Assembly: GCA_012295275.1 (NCBI GenBank)
Contig: CM022679.1
Span: 6,138,001-6,202,000, forward strand
Length of the DNA: 64,000 bases
Direction of reading: 5' to 3'
Source: Chrysomallon squamiferum
Lineage: Eukaryota > Animalia > Mollusca
In this document: piece by piece, positions 12,584 to 24,303 of the stretch
How the letters are laid out: every line of letters begins with the position of its first letter
Position numbering within the stretch: the stretch's first letter is position 1
Translations under genes and position numbers: made by a program
Notes under the pieces: model-generated
The model's database searches: none
What the model saw: only the letters and a program-made list of their open reading frames with translations
What the model was told of the DNA's origin: nothing

Positions 12584-15087
12584 TTTGTTAATGAGTTGGT
12601 GTACGGACAAGAACGGAGACTAATTAGATTAAGTTGACGGTTCGTCTGATACATAAAGGGTCGCTGGATCCCCCCGACAGCATTTAATTGTCTTCCTAAC
12701 CAGGTACCAAAGATAAACACTATTTATATAGCGACTGATGTTGCATACTTATTTATTTTGATTTATTTGATAAAAATTTGACAGATACTTGAGAGACATG
12801 AAAGGTTTTAAAACAAAATCACCTGATCTCAGACTGCTTTCTAATTCGTCGAAATGTCTGATACGTGCAGTGAAATGTTTTCAAATAGGTGTTTATTTAA
12901 ATACGACCTATTTCTTCGCGTTTGTCGGTAAGTTTAAACCATCAGCAGCCAACTGTTAGCAAACAAGGACAAACACATACAGACTTGTTTAGAAATTTAA
13001 TCGTGTAGTCGGTGCATAACATAATCCTTAATCCTCATCAGATATGTACTGTAGGCCCTATGTCATTCTTCTCGTAATTAAAGTTAAAATAAAATCATTT
13101 TGCCGTTTACCAGTAATGTGTGTTTCAAAGTATAAGACTGACACACAATATCTGAATAATGTTCTCAAATTTTAAACAACAGGAAGCATAAATATTTAAT
13201 ATATTTTCTTTAGAAAGCGTCTGCCTGGAAACATTATAAATATTTAATTTATCATGCGTATGCCTTATTTTTCAGGGGTTATTACAGTTCCATAATAATA
13301 TTACGATTGGATGTCTGCAGTTTGCCTTTGAGAAATATTATTCTTATGAACAAAACAAAAAAGTTTAAATGGATATTTAACTGCTAAAAATACAAATCCA
13401 TACATTCACTGAAAAAAATGATGATAATAATAATAATAAAGAAAAAAAGTGCTACGCCAAATCTCTAATATCATTTGTAAAGACATACCATTATGGCACA
13501 GGCGAGATCTCGCAATTTCTCGCGTGAAAATTAGTTTTACTGACATTCACATTTTCATAATTATTGCTCTCACCACATGATACTAACTTAAAGCGCTCTA
13601 ACCACTCAGCTAAATAGCGTTTTCTTTAGGAATACACTGACATGAAATAATATTAATTATCTGGCACATTTTCAAATAACATTTTCAGGGTGTCAAGTTT
13701 ATTGTATTCATCAATGGCATATTCATTAACCATAAAACAAAAACAGAAACAAAAGTACAAGCGAAAGCTGAAATAACATTTAGAAAATTCTCAGCATGCT
13801 CTTTCTAATTGTAATAATAGTAGTTACACTAGGAATGTGCCCAGCTGGTTTCAAGAAACAAACCATCAGTACCTAACAGAATAATGACGTATTTATTCAG
13901 TGGTTATTTGTTAACAAGTCAGTGTCATATAAAAACAACAGGCTCCTTTGATATATTTGAAGTTCATATGGATGTTAACGGAAGTATTAACGAATAAAGA
14001 CACCTATACAACTATTAACTGTGAAGTAAGGCTACATTTCAATCAGTAAATACATTTTCTGTGATGGCATATTGTTTTCTGTACCCGCTAACCTACAGAT
14101 TCTTTTTAATTTCAATATCAGGGAATTTATTATTCAGGAGCACAAAAAGAGAGAGAAAGAAAAAAAAAGCAGGAAGAAAAACCTCATGTATTATGCTGTA
14201 TAAAAGCGTACATGCATGTAAGAGTGAATATTTATTTGTATATACACGTGGGTGTTTAAGGATAGAAAAACATAAAACTAATTAATTTGTAAGACGGTTA
14301 TGAAAGTTTTCGGAAATATACATTATTACAAAGAAATTACTAGATTTAATAATAATAATAACTGTAGTAACAACAACGCCCATAATAAAAATATAGGGCT
14401 AAAACGAACGAAAGAAAAGGAATACAAAAACTTTATGCAAACTTAAATATCTTTTATAAATAAATACGCATAATTATAGTATGATCCTAATAAACAAAAC
14501 TTCAGAAAAGCCGCCTTCAGTAGTATCTTTTGAAAAAAAATAAAATAATAATAAATAAATAAATAAATAAAGTAAATGAAGGAATTTCAAAGATAGCTAA
14601 AACTTCAACCATTCTTTTAAAAAGGCGTTTTAAAATTTGCCACGTGCAGATGGTGTTCGAAAAACCAATTGTACTCGCTTCATCATCTGATCACTCGCAG
14701 TAGCGGTCATTCTGAGTGTCTGAAGCAAACAATATGTCCCTCATTAATATTAGTCGCCACCGGTCAACGATGATGATAGAACGACAACTGCAGCCACTGA
14801 ATGACCCGAGAACAGAGGTGATTTGAAGCGAACATAATCTAACCACAGACAATGGACGATGACATTGTCATATGAATTATTAATTCTCCATTAGTTTTGA
14901 TGAATGTTTTGGACGTTCGTTTTAGCCCTTAAAACAGACATTTGTCTCATCTCAAATATAAGGTGTTCATCTTGGAATTTTTTATATTTTATTTGGCCAG
15001 GTATTTTGTGTTGTTGGTAATCGAAATGAAGAACTTTGCAGCCAAATTTATAAAAATTTATTAGATCTTGACATGTCTTCTCTGTTT

Positions 15088-15131
15088 TTGCCGACATATT
15101 TTCTTTGTGTTGGGTTAAACATTCATTCATC
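15088..15131 (+). mobile_element. Decayed SINE-like 3' tail
   Basis: GCCGACATATTTTCTTTGTGTTGGGTTAAACATTCATTCAT resembles the reverse complement of 23716-23770 and ends in (CATT)n. Confidence 0.3.
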
Positions 15132-16569
15132 ATTTTAATCATTCGTTTTTTTCATATATTTGAAAACCTTTTATGCATCTTTCATTTTCAGCCTAATAAT
15201 ATTTGATATCCCACTTTTTTAAATTATTATTATTATTTATAATGAAATGGAAGATTTCTCTATATTTCTGTTTTATAAGAAAATAAAGGTAAATCAAGAA
15301 TTATTATCTGTTTGCTTTTCTTTTTGTATTCAAATACCGAGAACTGTATATATATACTTTCTGTGTGTGTGTGTTTAGACATAATTAATATAATAATATT
15401 TATTGTTTAAGGACTTTTCTTGAAAAGTTAAAAAAATTTAATTTGATTTAATAATATAGACAGGATGCTTTTTTGACCATTCTTAAAATTGTCTGTTCCA
15501 AATATATTGACCTTGTTTCTATTACGTGTAAATTTCTTTGAAGAAAGCAGAGGTTGTCTCCAAGAAAAACGTATTTGAATAGCTTTCTAAAGGAAGCATG
15601 CAAGCAGAAAAAGAAGTAAAAGAAATAGAATACTTTTACCCGTAACATCCACTTATCTAACAAATGGTGGGTGCAATTTGTCAACATTACCATTATCTTA
15701 CATGTTTCTTTCAGTCTGAAACGCTGACCTAAAAACCACGAAGCCGTCATGTCACGTTTTACAGATATTTCGGTTGACAAGACTTGAGCCATTGATCCTG
15801 GCCAAATTCACCCCAGAAAGGTTAATTTACTGACATCTATGTGTAATGATCACGCCCTCTCGTCGTGAAGCTGTAGAAGCTGTTACTTAACGTTCATCCT
15901 GATCCGAAAAGAAGCAGACAACTGGTACGGTGTTGTTAAAGAAAGACTGTTACAGATTTTACACAGGCAGAACTGTTTCTAGGACATCCTCACTTGAATA
16001 CATATTTTCTTAGTTTTAGATTACATTCAGGACAATACAATAACAAAATTAAGTATCATTAAAACACTTTAATTTTTCTTTCTATAATTTTTCTTTGTAT
16101 AAAACGGTCACTTCGTGCAAACATTGACAGTTTTGCACCTTATATTCTCCTTAATCTTGTTTTTTTAACATCATGAGAATTTGTCCAAACCAAAGATTTA
16201 TAAAAATTGCACTTTTACAAAGGAAAATGATGTAATTACGTATAGATATATAATAAGTTTAATTTGTAGAATAATGTTTCCTTTATAAGTAAATCGTGTT
16301 TACTATGACGATTTGGGATAGGTTTTGGTGATCATTCTTTCTTTGGTGATCATATGTCCATAAAATATTAAATTGTTTACCATCGTAATTAGACTGTCAT
16401 CTGTTTTGAATCAGAACTTTTCTTTATAAAAATGTATATACAAGCAATCTTAATTTTTCATTTTAGTGTTAGTCATGCTCTGTGTCTTAGATTAATTTAT
16501 TGTGTCATTTTAGTAGTACTGTTAAGTGCATTTGTACATTATTAACGGAAATTGCGCTATATCAGTTTT

Positions 16570-16605
<36 letters not shown>

Positions 16606-16698
16606 TTATTATTTACAGTTTGTGTCTAAAAATGCAAGCTATTGAAAATCATTACAACGTCGGTGGATGAATTATAAAAATAATGTTAATGTCAAAAC

Positions 16699-17004
16699 CA
16701 GTGGTTCCCACCCTTTATTTGCTCCATGCCCCACCTCAGTATCTAAAAAATGTTTAAGTCCCCCTTTGATATAAAAGTAAACTGAAGTGAGACAGCGTTC
16801 TGTGAAATGCGATGCAGCGATGATCAAAATCAACTTAAAAGTGTAAAGAAACTGCTCATAGGCGCTGCCAGTTACACGATAACATGTGTAGAAAAAGTGT
16901 AACTGGAAGTTTGGTCGTATTATATATCTTTCAAATTTTCCCCCTCCCCAGTTATATTCAAATTTCCGCACCGTGAGGCGTGCGCACCACGTTGGGAATA
17001 ACTG
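16699..17004. mobile_element. hAT (Charlie-like) MITE, ~306 bp
   Basis: TIRs CAGTGGTTCCCA... / ...TTGGGAATAACTG. 8-bp flanks GTCAAAAC and ATTTAAAC (5/8 match, decayed TSD). No coding capacity. Confidence 0.7.
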
Positions 17005-17467
17005 ATTTAAACCCAGACAAAATGGTATCAACATAAAACATGTCACGATCTTATTAAAAATGTACGAGTCTGGCTGCCGAGTTCGATTAACAGCAAAACA
17101 AAACACCTATCTGAATAAAATATACCCAAGTCTTGGAAGTCGATAGTAGCCTTCTTTAAAATTTAAATGATTATAGGAAAACGTTTATGTCTAAATTTTA
17201 TTTTGCTGCAACACTGAGATTTAGTGTTTCAAACTCTTAAATTAATATTAAATATTTTACAATTACGCAGTTTGAGCGTGCCTGACTTTACAATGTCTAG
17301 ACAACAGTATTTTATCCATTTAAAGTCATTACCTCCAACATTTGCTGAGCGTGTGTTGTTGTTCATAGCAAACATGATAGTCTCATATTTACACAGTTTC
17401 CAAATGACCTGTTCACGGAACTTTTATTTCATTGTAATATAGCCAGCCAGAATAAAAGTCAAAGACA

Positions 17468-17660
17468 GGCAAATAGAGACTACAATAATTGTGCACATTA
17501 ATAGTAAAGATTGTCACCTCTAACAGTAAAGTTTAGCAAATAGTCTCACCCATAATACTAACCCCTAGTAATAAATGTGGCAAATGCCGATCATCACAAC
17601 ACTGACCCCTAATAATAAGGTTTGGCAAATAGCGGTCAAGGCAACTACAAACCCCTATAA
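17468..17660. repeat. Degenerate ~45-bp minisatellite (3-4 copies)
   Basis: Recurrent core ACCCCTA(A/G)TAATAA..T(T/G)TGGCAAAT; RGCAAAT recurs at 17468, 17535, 17579 and 17624. Confidence 0.7.
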
Positions 17661-19579
17661 TCCACGAACGTGACTAGATGGACATATACCTGCCGGTCAG
17701 TTGGACGTAAGTATAGGACAATATTTAAACAGTTCTTTATCAATTTGGCTTAGCGGGTCTGTGTAAAGAATGACCATTTAAAACGCTGGACAAAGCAAAA
17801 GAAACGATTTGTTTGAAGAAATCAATCTTTGACTGTTGTAAGCGTGAATGTAAAGGTTTAATTACTATTTGTGTATAAAGGACTGTTGTGTGTATACGTT
17901 AGTGACCTTGATTCATCGTGGCTTCATGTTCAGATAGGATACATTCAGAAATCGTTGCGTACACAAAGCCTTTTTCAAAGTTTCCACCCAGTGTTTGTAC
18001 AAGCGAGTTGCATGATTTAAACAGAATTTTTAAAGAATAGTTACTCTGAGTTTGGTTGACGTATGTGACACTAGATCCTCAGCTGGTGTATCAAAACGCA
18101 TTATTGAAATGTATATATAAGACATTTACGAATCCAAGTGTGCTCATACAAAAGCAAATGTATTTCCCTTGTTTGTTGTTTTTTTACATTTTATTCTGTA
18201 GAAAATAAATAATATGAATAATTAAGGAAAAAAATAAACAGAAAATTATATTAAATAAATTCATTTTTACTACCTAGCTTTAATTTATTTTAATTTAATT
18301 TATTTTAATTAAATTTAATTTAATTTTATCTAGTATAAATGATCGTATCTGACCTGTAAGAAGCAAATTTATAATAAGTAAACACTCTAGGTATGTGATA
18401 GGATTAGAAATCGTGTAATATCAAAGCCAAACAAATACAAGGTCCAACGGTGACTCAAGCTGCAGCTTTGTCTTCCAGGGAACCATGACGCTGCACAACT
18501 TTATTTATCAGACGTGTGAACAAGATGTATGAAGTCAACAAAACAATGTACGGCTTAACCTGTTCATTTTATTCATCTGTAAACCTCCGTACCTCGTAAT
18601 TGTGGACAAAATCCCCAAATCAGCACAGTGAAATCAAAAGACCCAACAGATTCAGTGTCTATGCCTTTTTTTTCTCTCGATAACAACAGAAGCAACAACA
18701 TCGGGTATTTTCTCACGATTCCTCCCCCCCTTCTTATGTGGGTATATGCTCTGTTGTCTCACAACACTGAAATGTAATTTAGTTCACTGAATGTAGACTA
18801 ACTTCAGAAAACAGATCAAACTCTTATAAAATGTGAGAGAGTTTTGGTTTAGGCACGTTCTTTTGCAATGGAACTGCTACTGTTTTGTCCAGTAAAGAAA
18901 AGCCTATGTCAATGGTTAATAATTTTGTTCTGTAACTGGGAATGTTAATCTGCACAATACATGCACGCACAGTTTGTACAGTTACAGAATAACTGACTGG
19001 TAATGCAAATGAAGGTTTAATCATGTATTATATTTAAGATTACAAAAAAAAAAAAAAAAAAACATACTATGTCAGGCATGCATATGGTCGGGAATGAGCA
19101 ATTTTAATTCGCTCATGCACCTATAAAAAAGTGTTCGATGACTATATGCAAGTGAAAGGAATTAATGTTTTAAATACCAGTTTATAAGTAAGAATAATGA
19201 TGATAATATAATGTAGTAAAAATAAAACATACAAAGAGAAGTCGCGATGTTGTTTTTCCATTTATGAATATTGCTAATACCATTTATTAAAAATTCGTTT
19301 TCCGCTTATAAAATGCATTTTCCGTTTACTGAACAAAAATTATGTTTGTTTCTTCAGCTATGCATTCTTCCTTGATATAAAGAAGTACACTGATAAATGT
19401 GTATTGATTTACTATAATGATACAAAAATGTCAAGTATTATGTATAATGAATATAGCCAAATAGTGTTTATTATTATTATTATTATTATTAGAATGAAAT
19501 TTTTTAAACATTTCAGTTAGTATAAATTATAAAGTTAGAAAGCAATGATTAAATGTGATACTGTAGCTAGTTTATATAG

Positions 19580-20070
19580 AATGCGCATGTAGTCTTACAT
19601 CTGGTAATCGAACGCGTCCTAGGAAATACCCAACCGAACAAAACCGAACTGAGCCGATCGGACGAAAACAAAATGGCGTCAAACAATGTTCGGAAACGTG
19701 TTTTTACTTTTTTTAGAAGGTAGAAATTTATAACTATAATAATTTATTTCCATATTTCTGCTTATCGGGTGTAGATGCAGAGGTGTATGCCAGCTAACTA
19801 CTTTTCTAAGAAATAATTTAAGATCATGTCAAAAAAGGTAGACCTTTGTGAAAGGGGGAAATTAAACTTTCTTTTACGACATTATGTTTGCTTGAACTAT
19901 TACTATTACAATTATTCCAGTAGTTTACTTTAAAATATTATGTCCCGGAGATTAAATTTACATATTTGGATATTTAATAATTAAAATAATAATGTATGGG
20001 TTTCTCTGCCTTTGAACGACAATCCGTTTTCGCAACTGATCTGGGGAAGAAAGAGAAAACACGTGTTTAG
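19580..20070 (+). promoter_or_regulatory. UTP14 promoter region
   Basis: CpG-rich. NRF1-like TGCGCATG (19582-19589), YY1-type AAAATGGCG (19670-19678) and palindromic E-box AAACACGTGTTT (20057-20068); E-boxes are typical of Myc-regulated ribosome-biogenesis genes. Confidence 0.55.
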
Positions 20071-20136
20071 AAATTCGCCGAATAAAAACAGTTTCAGTAA
20101 GAATATTGGATTACATCTCTTGATAATTAATCAAAG

Positions 20137-22479
20137 ATGGCGATGGAGATGGATGATAACAGTTCGAACTTAAAAAAGGAATTAGTGGATATTGAAAATG
20201 AGGAGGATGATAGTGATGGAGAAAAGAAGCATGCTCAACTACTAGATGCTATAGTTTCACTCGGAGGACAGCACAAGCCTCGTTTGACTCAGAGATCTGT
20301 TCCTGGGTTGCAAGTATCTGAATTTGCTTTTGGAGCATCGGAAGATGTTGGAAAAGTTCAGCTGACTGATCTTGTGAAGTGTTTAACGGACACAAGAAAA
20401 CATGGAAAGTTGAAGAAACAGCTAAGAGCTGTTGACAGTGAAAAGAAAGTTGTCCCAGCTCCTCCGTCAAAGCTTGAAACAGAAAGGTTAAAGAGAACTA
20501 TTGCTTATGAGAATACCAAAGCAGATATTTCTAAATGGGAACCAGTCATTAAAGAAAATAGAAAGTCTTCCCAGCTTGTGTTTCCACTACATCAACCTCA
20601 GATGAAACTTTTAACAACAGATCAACAGACAAAACGTATCAAGCCATTTACTCCACTAGAATTTGAAATTGCTGCTTTGCTTAAAGGCAGTGACAACATT
20701 GACACTGGCAGCAGGGAACTAACACCAGCTGAAGAAAAGGCTTTGAGGGCAATGAGTTTAGAGGAGGCACAGGCAAGACGAGCAGAATTACAGAAGTATA
20801 GGGCACTTCTTTCATACAAACAAGCAAAAGCAAAACGACAGAACAAAATTAAGAGTAAAAAATACCGACAAATACTTAGAAAAGAAAAAGAAAAGACAGA
20901 AAGGAAAAATTTAGAAATTTTGAAACAAAAGGATCCTGAAGCATACATTGAAAAACTGCAAGAAGCTGATCGAAATCGAATACAGGAGCGTATGAGTTTG
21001 AAACATAGAGGAGGAAGCAAATTTGCCAGAAAGACTTTGTTATATGGCAAGTTTAATTTAAAGAATAAACAAGCTGTGAATGAGATGATATTGAAAAATC
21101 GAGAACTTACCCAAAAAATTGAGATGACTTTGGAGAATGATTCAGATGAGAATGTCAATACAGCTGATGAAGTAATTGAGGGCGATTCTTCTCTCACCGA
21201 GGCTCATAATCCTTGGATGAACAGTTTGCAACAGTCAGATTCATTACCAGTAAACAAAATCAGTGAAAATGAAAATGGAAAAACAGGGGATGAAAATGAA
21301 GTCAGTACAAGTCCTATAGATAAATGTAGAAAAACCCTTAACACTGACAGTGATGCTAAAAATTTTGAAATGTCTTTTGACTATAATAGTAAATTGTCAG
21401 TTGAACAGATGACTGATAAAAATGTTCAAACAAGTAATTCAGATAAAGAAAAATTGGGAAAAATTGGTGAAAAACTATTGAAGAGGAAATCACAAAAATG
21501 TCAGACAAATATTAAAAGTGGAGATTCTGAAATACAGAAATCTGTTGAATCTTCTAAAAAGGTAGCCAAAAAATCACAAGTGATAGAAGGTGACTCTGAT
21601 GATATAGAAAATATTTTTGAAAAACTTGAGAAAAAGAAGATTAGTCCTGCTAAGCTCCCAGCAAGAAAAAAGATGAAAAATTTGGAAAAGAAGAACACCA
21701 AAGAGAATAATGATGATGAAGATGTTTCAGATGAGGAGGGTTTAAATGAGTCATTAACCAGAAAGAAAACCCTTGAAGATATGGATGACCTTGCACAACA
21801 AACAGAAATTAAACCACAACAAAAAAGTAAAAAGAAAAAGAAAAGAAGGAAACAGGCTGACAAAAAAATAGAAAAACAAAATGTTCCCAAAGATTTTATT
21901 GCCCCAAATAAAGTGTTACCAGAAGAAAAAACCATTGATGATACATTAAACCCAGATATTGTTGACGATGATGATGCTGAGGTAGATCATGAGGAAAAAC
22001 AGAGATTGATCATAAAACAGGCATTTGCTGATGATGATGTTGTTGACGAATTTCTAAAAGAGAAATCCGATATCATAGACAATGTTAAGCCAAAAGACAT
22101 TGATTTGACTTTACCAGGATGGGGTGAATGGGGAGGTTCAGGGCTTGAACCTTCCTCTAAAAAGAGAAGAAAATTCCTAATAAAGGCCCCAACTATTCCA
22201 AGAAAGGATGATCATCTGGATAAAGTTATTATCAGTGAACACAAAGATAAAGCTTTTGAAAAACTGCAGGTGAGTGATCTTCCTTTCCCGTACATGAACA
22301 CAAAACAGTTTGAACAGACTATTCGTGTTCCTGTTGGAAAAGACTGGAATCCAGAAATGGCTTTCAAGAAAATGGTGGAACCTAAAGTGGTAACCAAAAT
22401 GGGGACAATTATTACACCCATTGATAAAGAAGAGACTTTTAGGAAATACCAAGATATCAAGAAAAATACACCAAGATAA
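20137..22479 (+). CDS. UTP14: U3 snoRNA-associated protein 14 (SSU processome component), single coding exon, 780 aa
   Basis: Uninterrupted 780-aa ORF with Utp14 family motifs: ARRAELQKYRALLSY..AKAKRQNKIKSKKYR, RIQERMSLKH, AFADDDVVDEF..EK, LPGWGEWGG, PFPY...QFEQTIRVPVGKDWN, PKVVTKMG.II.PI. Confidence 0.96.
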   Translation: MAMEMDDNSSNLKKELVDIENEEDDSDGEKKHAQLLDAIVSLGGQHKPRLTQRSVPGLQVSEFAFGASEDVGKVQLTDLVKCLTDTRKHGKLKKQLRAVDSEKKVVPAPPSKLETERLKRTIAYENTKADISKWEPVIKENRKSSQLVFPLHQPQMKLLTTDQQTKRIKPFTPLEFEIAALLKGSDNIDTGSRELTPAEEKALRAMSLEEAQARRAELQKYRALLSYKQAKAKRQNKIKSKKYRQILRKEKEKTERKNLEILKQKDPEAYIEKLQEADRNRIQERMSLKHRGGSKFARKTLLYGKFNLKNKQAVNEMILKNRELTQKIEMTLENDSDENVNTADEVIEGDSSLTEAHNPWMNSLQQSDSLPVNKISENENGKTGDENEVSTSPIDKCRKTLNTDSDAKNFEMSFDYNSKLSVEQMTDKNVQTSNSDKEKLGKIGEKLLKRKSQKCQTNIKSGDSEIQKSVESSKKVAKKSQVIEGDSDDIENIFEKLEKKKISPAKLPARKKMKNLEKKNTKENNDDEDVSDEEGLNESLTRKKTLEDMDDLAQQTEIKPQQKSKKKKKRRKQADKKIEKQNVPKDFIAPNKVLPEEKTIDDTLNPDIVDDDDAEVDHEEKQRLIIKQAFADDDVVDEFLKEKSDIIDNVKPKDIDLTLPGWGEWGGSGLEPSSKKRRKFLIKAPTIPRKDDHLDKVIISEHKDKAFEKLQVSDLPFPYMNTKQFEQTIRVPVGKDWNPEMAFKKMVEPKVVTKMGTIITPIDKEETFRKYQDIKKNTPR

Positions 22480-22908
22480 AAAACATTCAGTATTGTTCAT
22501 ATATAATGAAATAAGGAATTATTGATAGTAAAAAAACAACAAAGAAGGAAAAAACAATTTTGGTGAAATGTAATAATAAAATATAAATAGCTTACAAACT
22601 TGTTTTGTACATTTGTGAATATATATAAAATTATTAGAGCTACCACAACAATAAGGGAATATTAGAATACATACATACATACAATATATACATGTATACT
22701 TAAATATGATGATCAATATAGCTTTTTTTCCACCCATCTGAAATAAATCACATAAACACAGTAACATTGTAAATGACGTAACAGAGAATATAACTTGATA
22801 ATAATGATTTACTGTTACCTATGCAACAGTTACTTGTATTGCCTTTTTTTGTTGTGATGTTTGAATAATTTATGATGAATGATGCTTGTATATTGTACAA
22901 ATAAATTA

Positions 22909-23040
22909 CAAAATGGGGACCATCATTACACCCATTGATAGAGAAAATACATTTAAAAAATAACAAATACTCTGTACAAAGACACCAAGATAAAAATGTC
23001 AATATTGTTTATATGTAATGAAATAAAAGGAAAAAACAAT
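22909..23040 (+). pseudogene. Decayed direct duplicate of the last ~27 codons and proximal 3'UTR of UTP14
   Basis: Translates KMGTIITPIDRENTFKK*QILCTKTPR* versus the gene's KMGTIITPIDKEETFRKYQDIKKNTPR*. Similarity continues into the UTR (TATTGTT.ATAT.TAATGAAATAA). Internal TAC>TAA stop. Confidence 0.85.
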
Positions 23041-23715
23041 ATAACGTGTCCTTTTAACTCGAAACTCAGATTTCTCCATAATTAACATTCTAACATCATA
23101 CAAGTTATTACAATTGTGGAATATTATTTAAATAGTTTGAATCATCATTCTAGCAGCACTCTGAGACCGAGACAAACATGCTAGTATTAACTGTCAGACA
23201 AAACAAGCTATTTACACCCATGTAATTTCCAGATAATATCCCACAATCTTCTGCCATATCACAGGCTTATTCTGGCTCAGAGAGCATTATAAGAACAATG
23301 AAGTGTTCTTTAATACGATCGATCTAGCTACCCCACTGTGTGTTCTATAGATATCTGTCCTATGCCAGGATGGAACCACAATATTCAATTAGAACAAGAT
23401 AATAAATAGGTATTCTAGCATATAATGATACTGTGCTAACAATTGATTTTCAGAAGACGAAATGAAAATGATTTAAAAGGAAAAATATCTCTTTATTAAT
23501 TTTGCATTTCTGGAAAATACAGATTAATTTTTGTTACAGAGGGATACTGGTAAAAAAATAATAAAAAAATATAAAGAGCTTATGTTATTATTTTTTTGTA
23601 CATTTGCGCATATATATATATATATAACACAGATCAATTTCAAGTATATATTCAATCATATCCACATATATTTTTTTTCCACAAACATATTGTAACAATT
23701 ATTAAGTTTATAATA

Positions 23716-23788
23716 ATGAATGAATGAATGTTCAATAACACACCAGCATGAAAAATACAGCATGCTATTGGCTGTCAAACTGGTAATG
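23716..23788 (-). mobile_element. SINE-like 3' tail remnant
   Basis: Minus strand reads TTTGACAGCCAATAGCATGCTGTATTTTTCATGCTGGTGTGTTATTGAA(CATT)n. A related copy lies at ~15090. Resemblance to gastropod SINE tails is from memory. Confidence 0.4.
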
Positions 23789-23974
23789 TGTTTATAACAA
23801 TGATTTAGCCCTCTCAATGCAATCTACATTATTATTATGGTCTTTGTTTTTGTACCACTTACTGTTGTTGTTATTTATTTATTTATTTATTTATTATTGT
23901 TATTGCTGCTATTGTTACTGTTTATTATTGTTGCTGCTGCTGGAACTACTACTGTATTATTATTATTAGCAGTA

Positions 23975-24303
23975 TAGGTACCAGACCAATTATCCGGACT
24001 CCTGAGCCATTCCGGATTTCTGGATTTTCCGGTTTTCTGGTACCAAGGCATCTAAATACGTAAATAATTAGGCATAAACATTTTAAAATTAAAAATATAA
24101 AGAAAACTGACGATACACAACTGTGACAATTTTACACGTAAACAATACGGCGAGTGAATGAACGCCACGCGGCTTGAAAGAGTAGTTCCGGTCTGATGAG
24201 GACTGCACCCGCGCGCGCGAATTATGAAAACAGCATCGGGAAGAAACTTCCGGTTTTCTGGTCTTTCCGTAAAAGGGAGGCCGGATAATTGGTCCGGTAC
24301 CTG
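23975..24303. mobile_element. Tc1/mariner-superfamily (pogo/Tigger-like) MITE, 329 bp
   Basis: ~28-bp TIRs TAGGTACCAGACCAATTATCCGGACTCC / GGAGGCCGGATAATTGGTCCGGTACCTG (3 mismatches). TA flanks at 23973-74 and 24304-05. Internal subterminal repeats TTCCGG(A/T)TTTCTGG x3. Confidence 0.88.

Noticed and set aside
14769-14828. Possible C/D-box snoRNA (ATGATGA ... CTGA)
   Set aside because: No terminal stem or canonical terminal D box, no recognised rRNA complementarity, not in an evident host intron.
16672-17106. 144-aa ORF across the hAT MITE as a transposase
   Set aside because: No transposase motifs; crosses both element boundaries.
17468-17660. Repeat-spacer appearance (CRISPR-like)
   Set aside because: Cores are degenerate and the linkers resemble each other; this is a minisatellite.
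20249-22500. Minus-strand ORFs of 73-191 aa opposite UTP14
   Set aside because: Antisense shadows of Lys/Glu-rich codons; Phe/Ser/Leu-rich with no domain.
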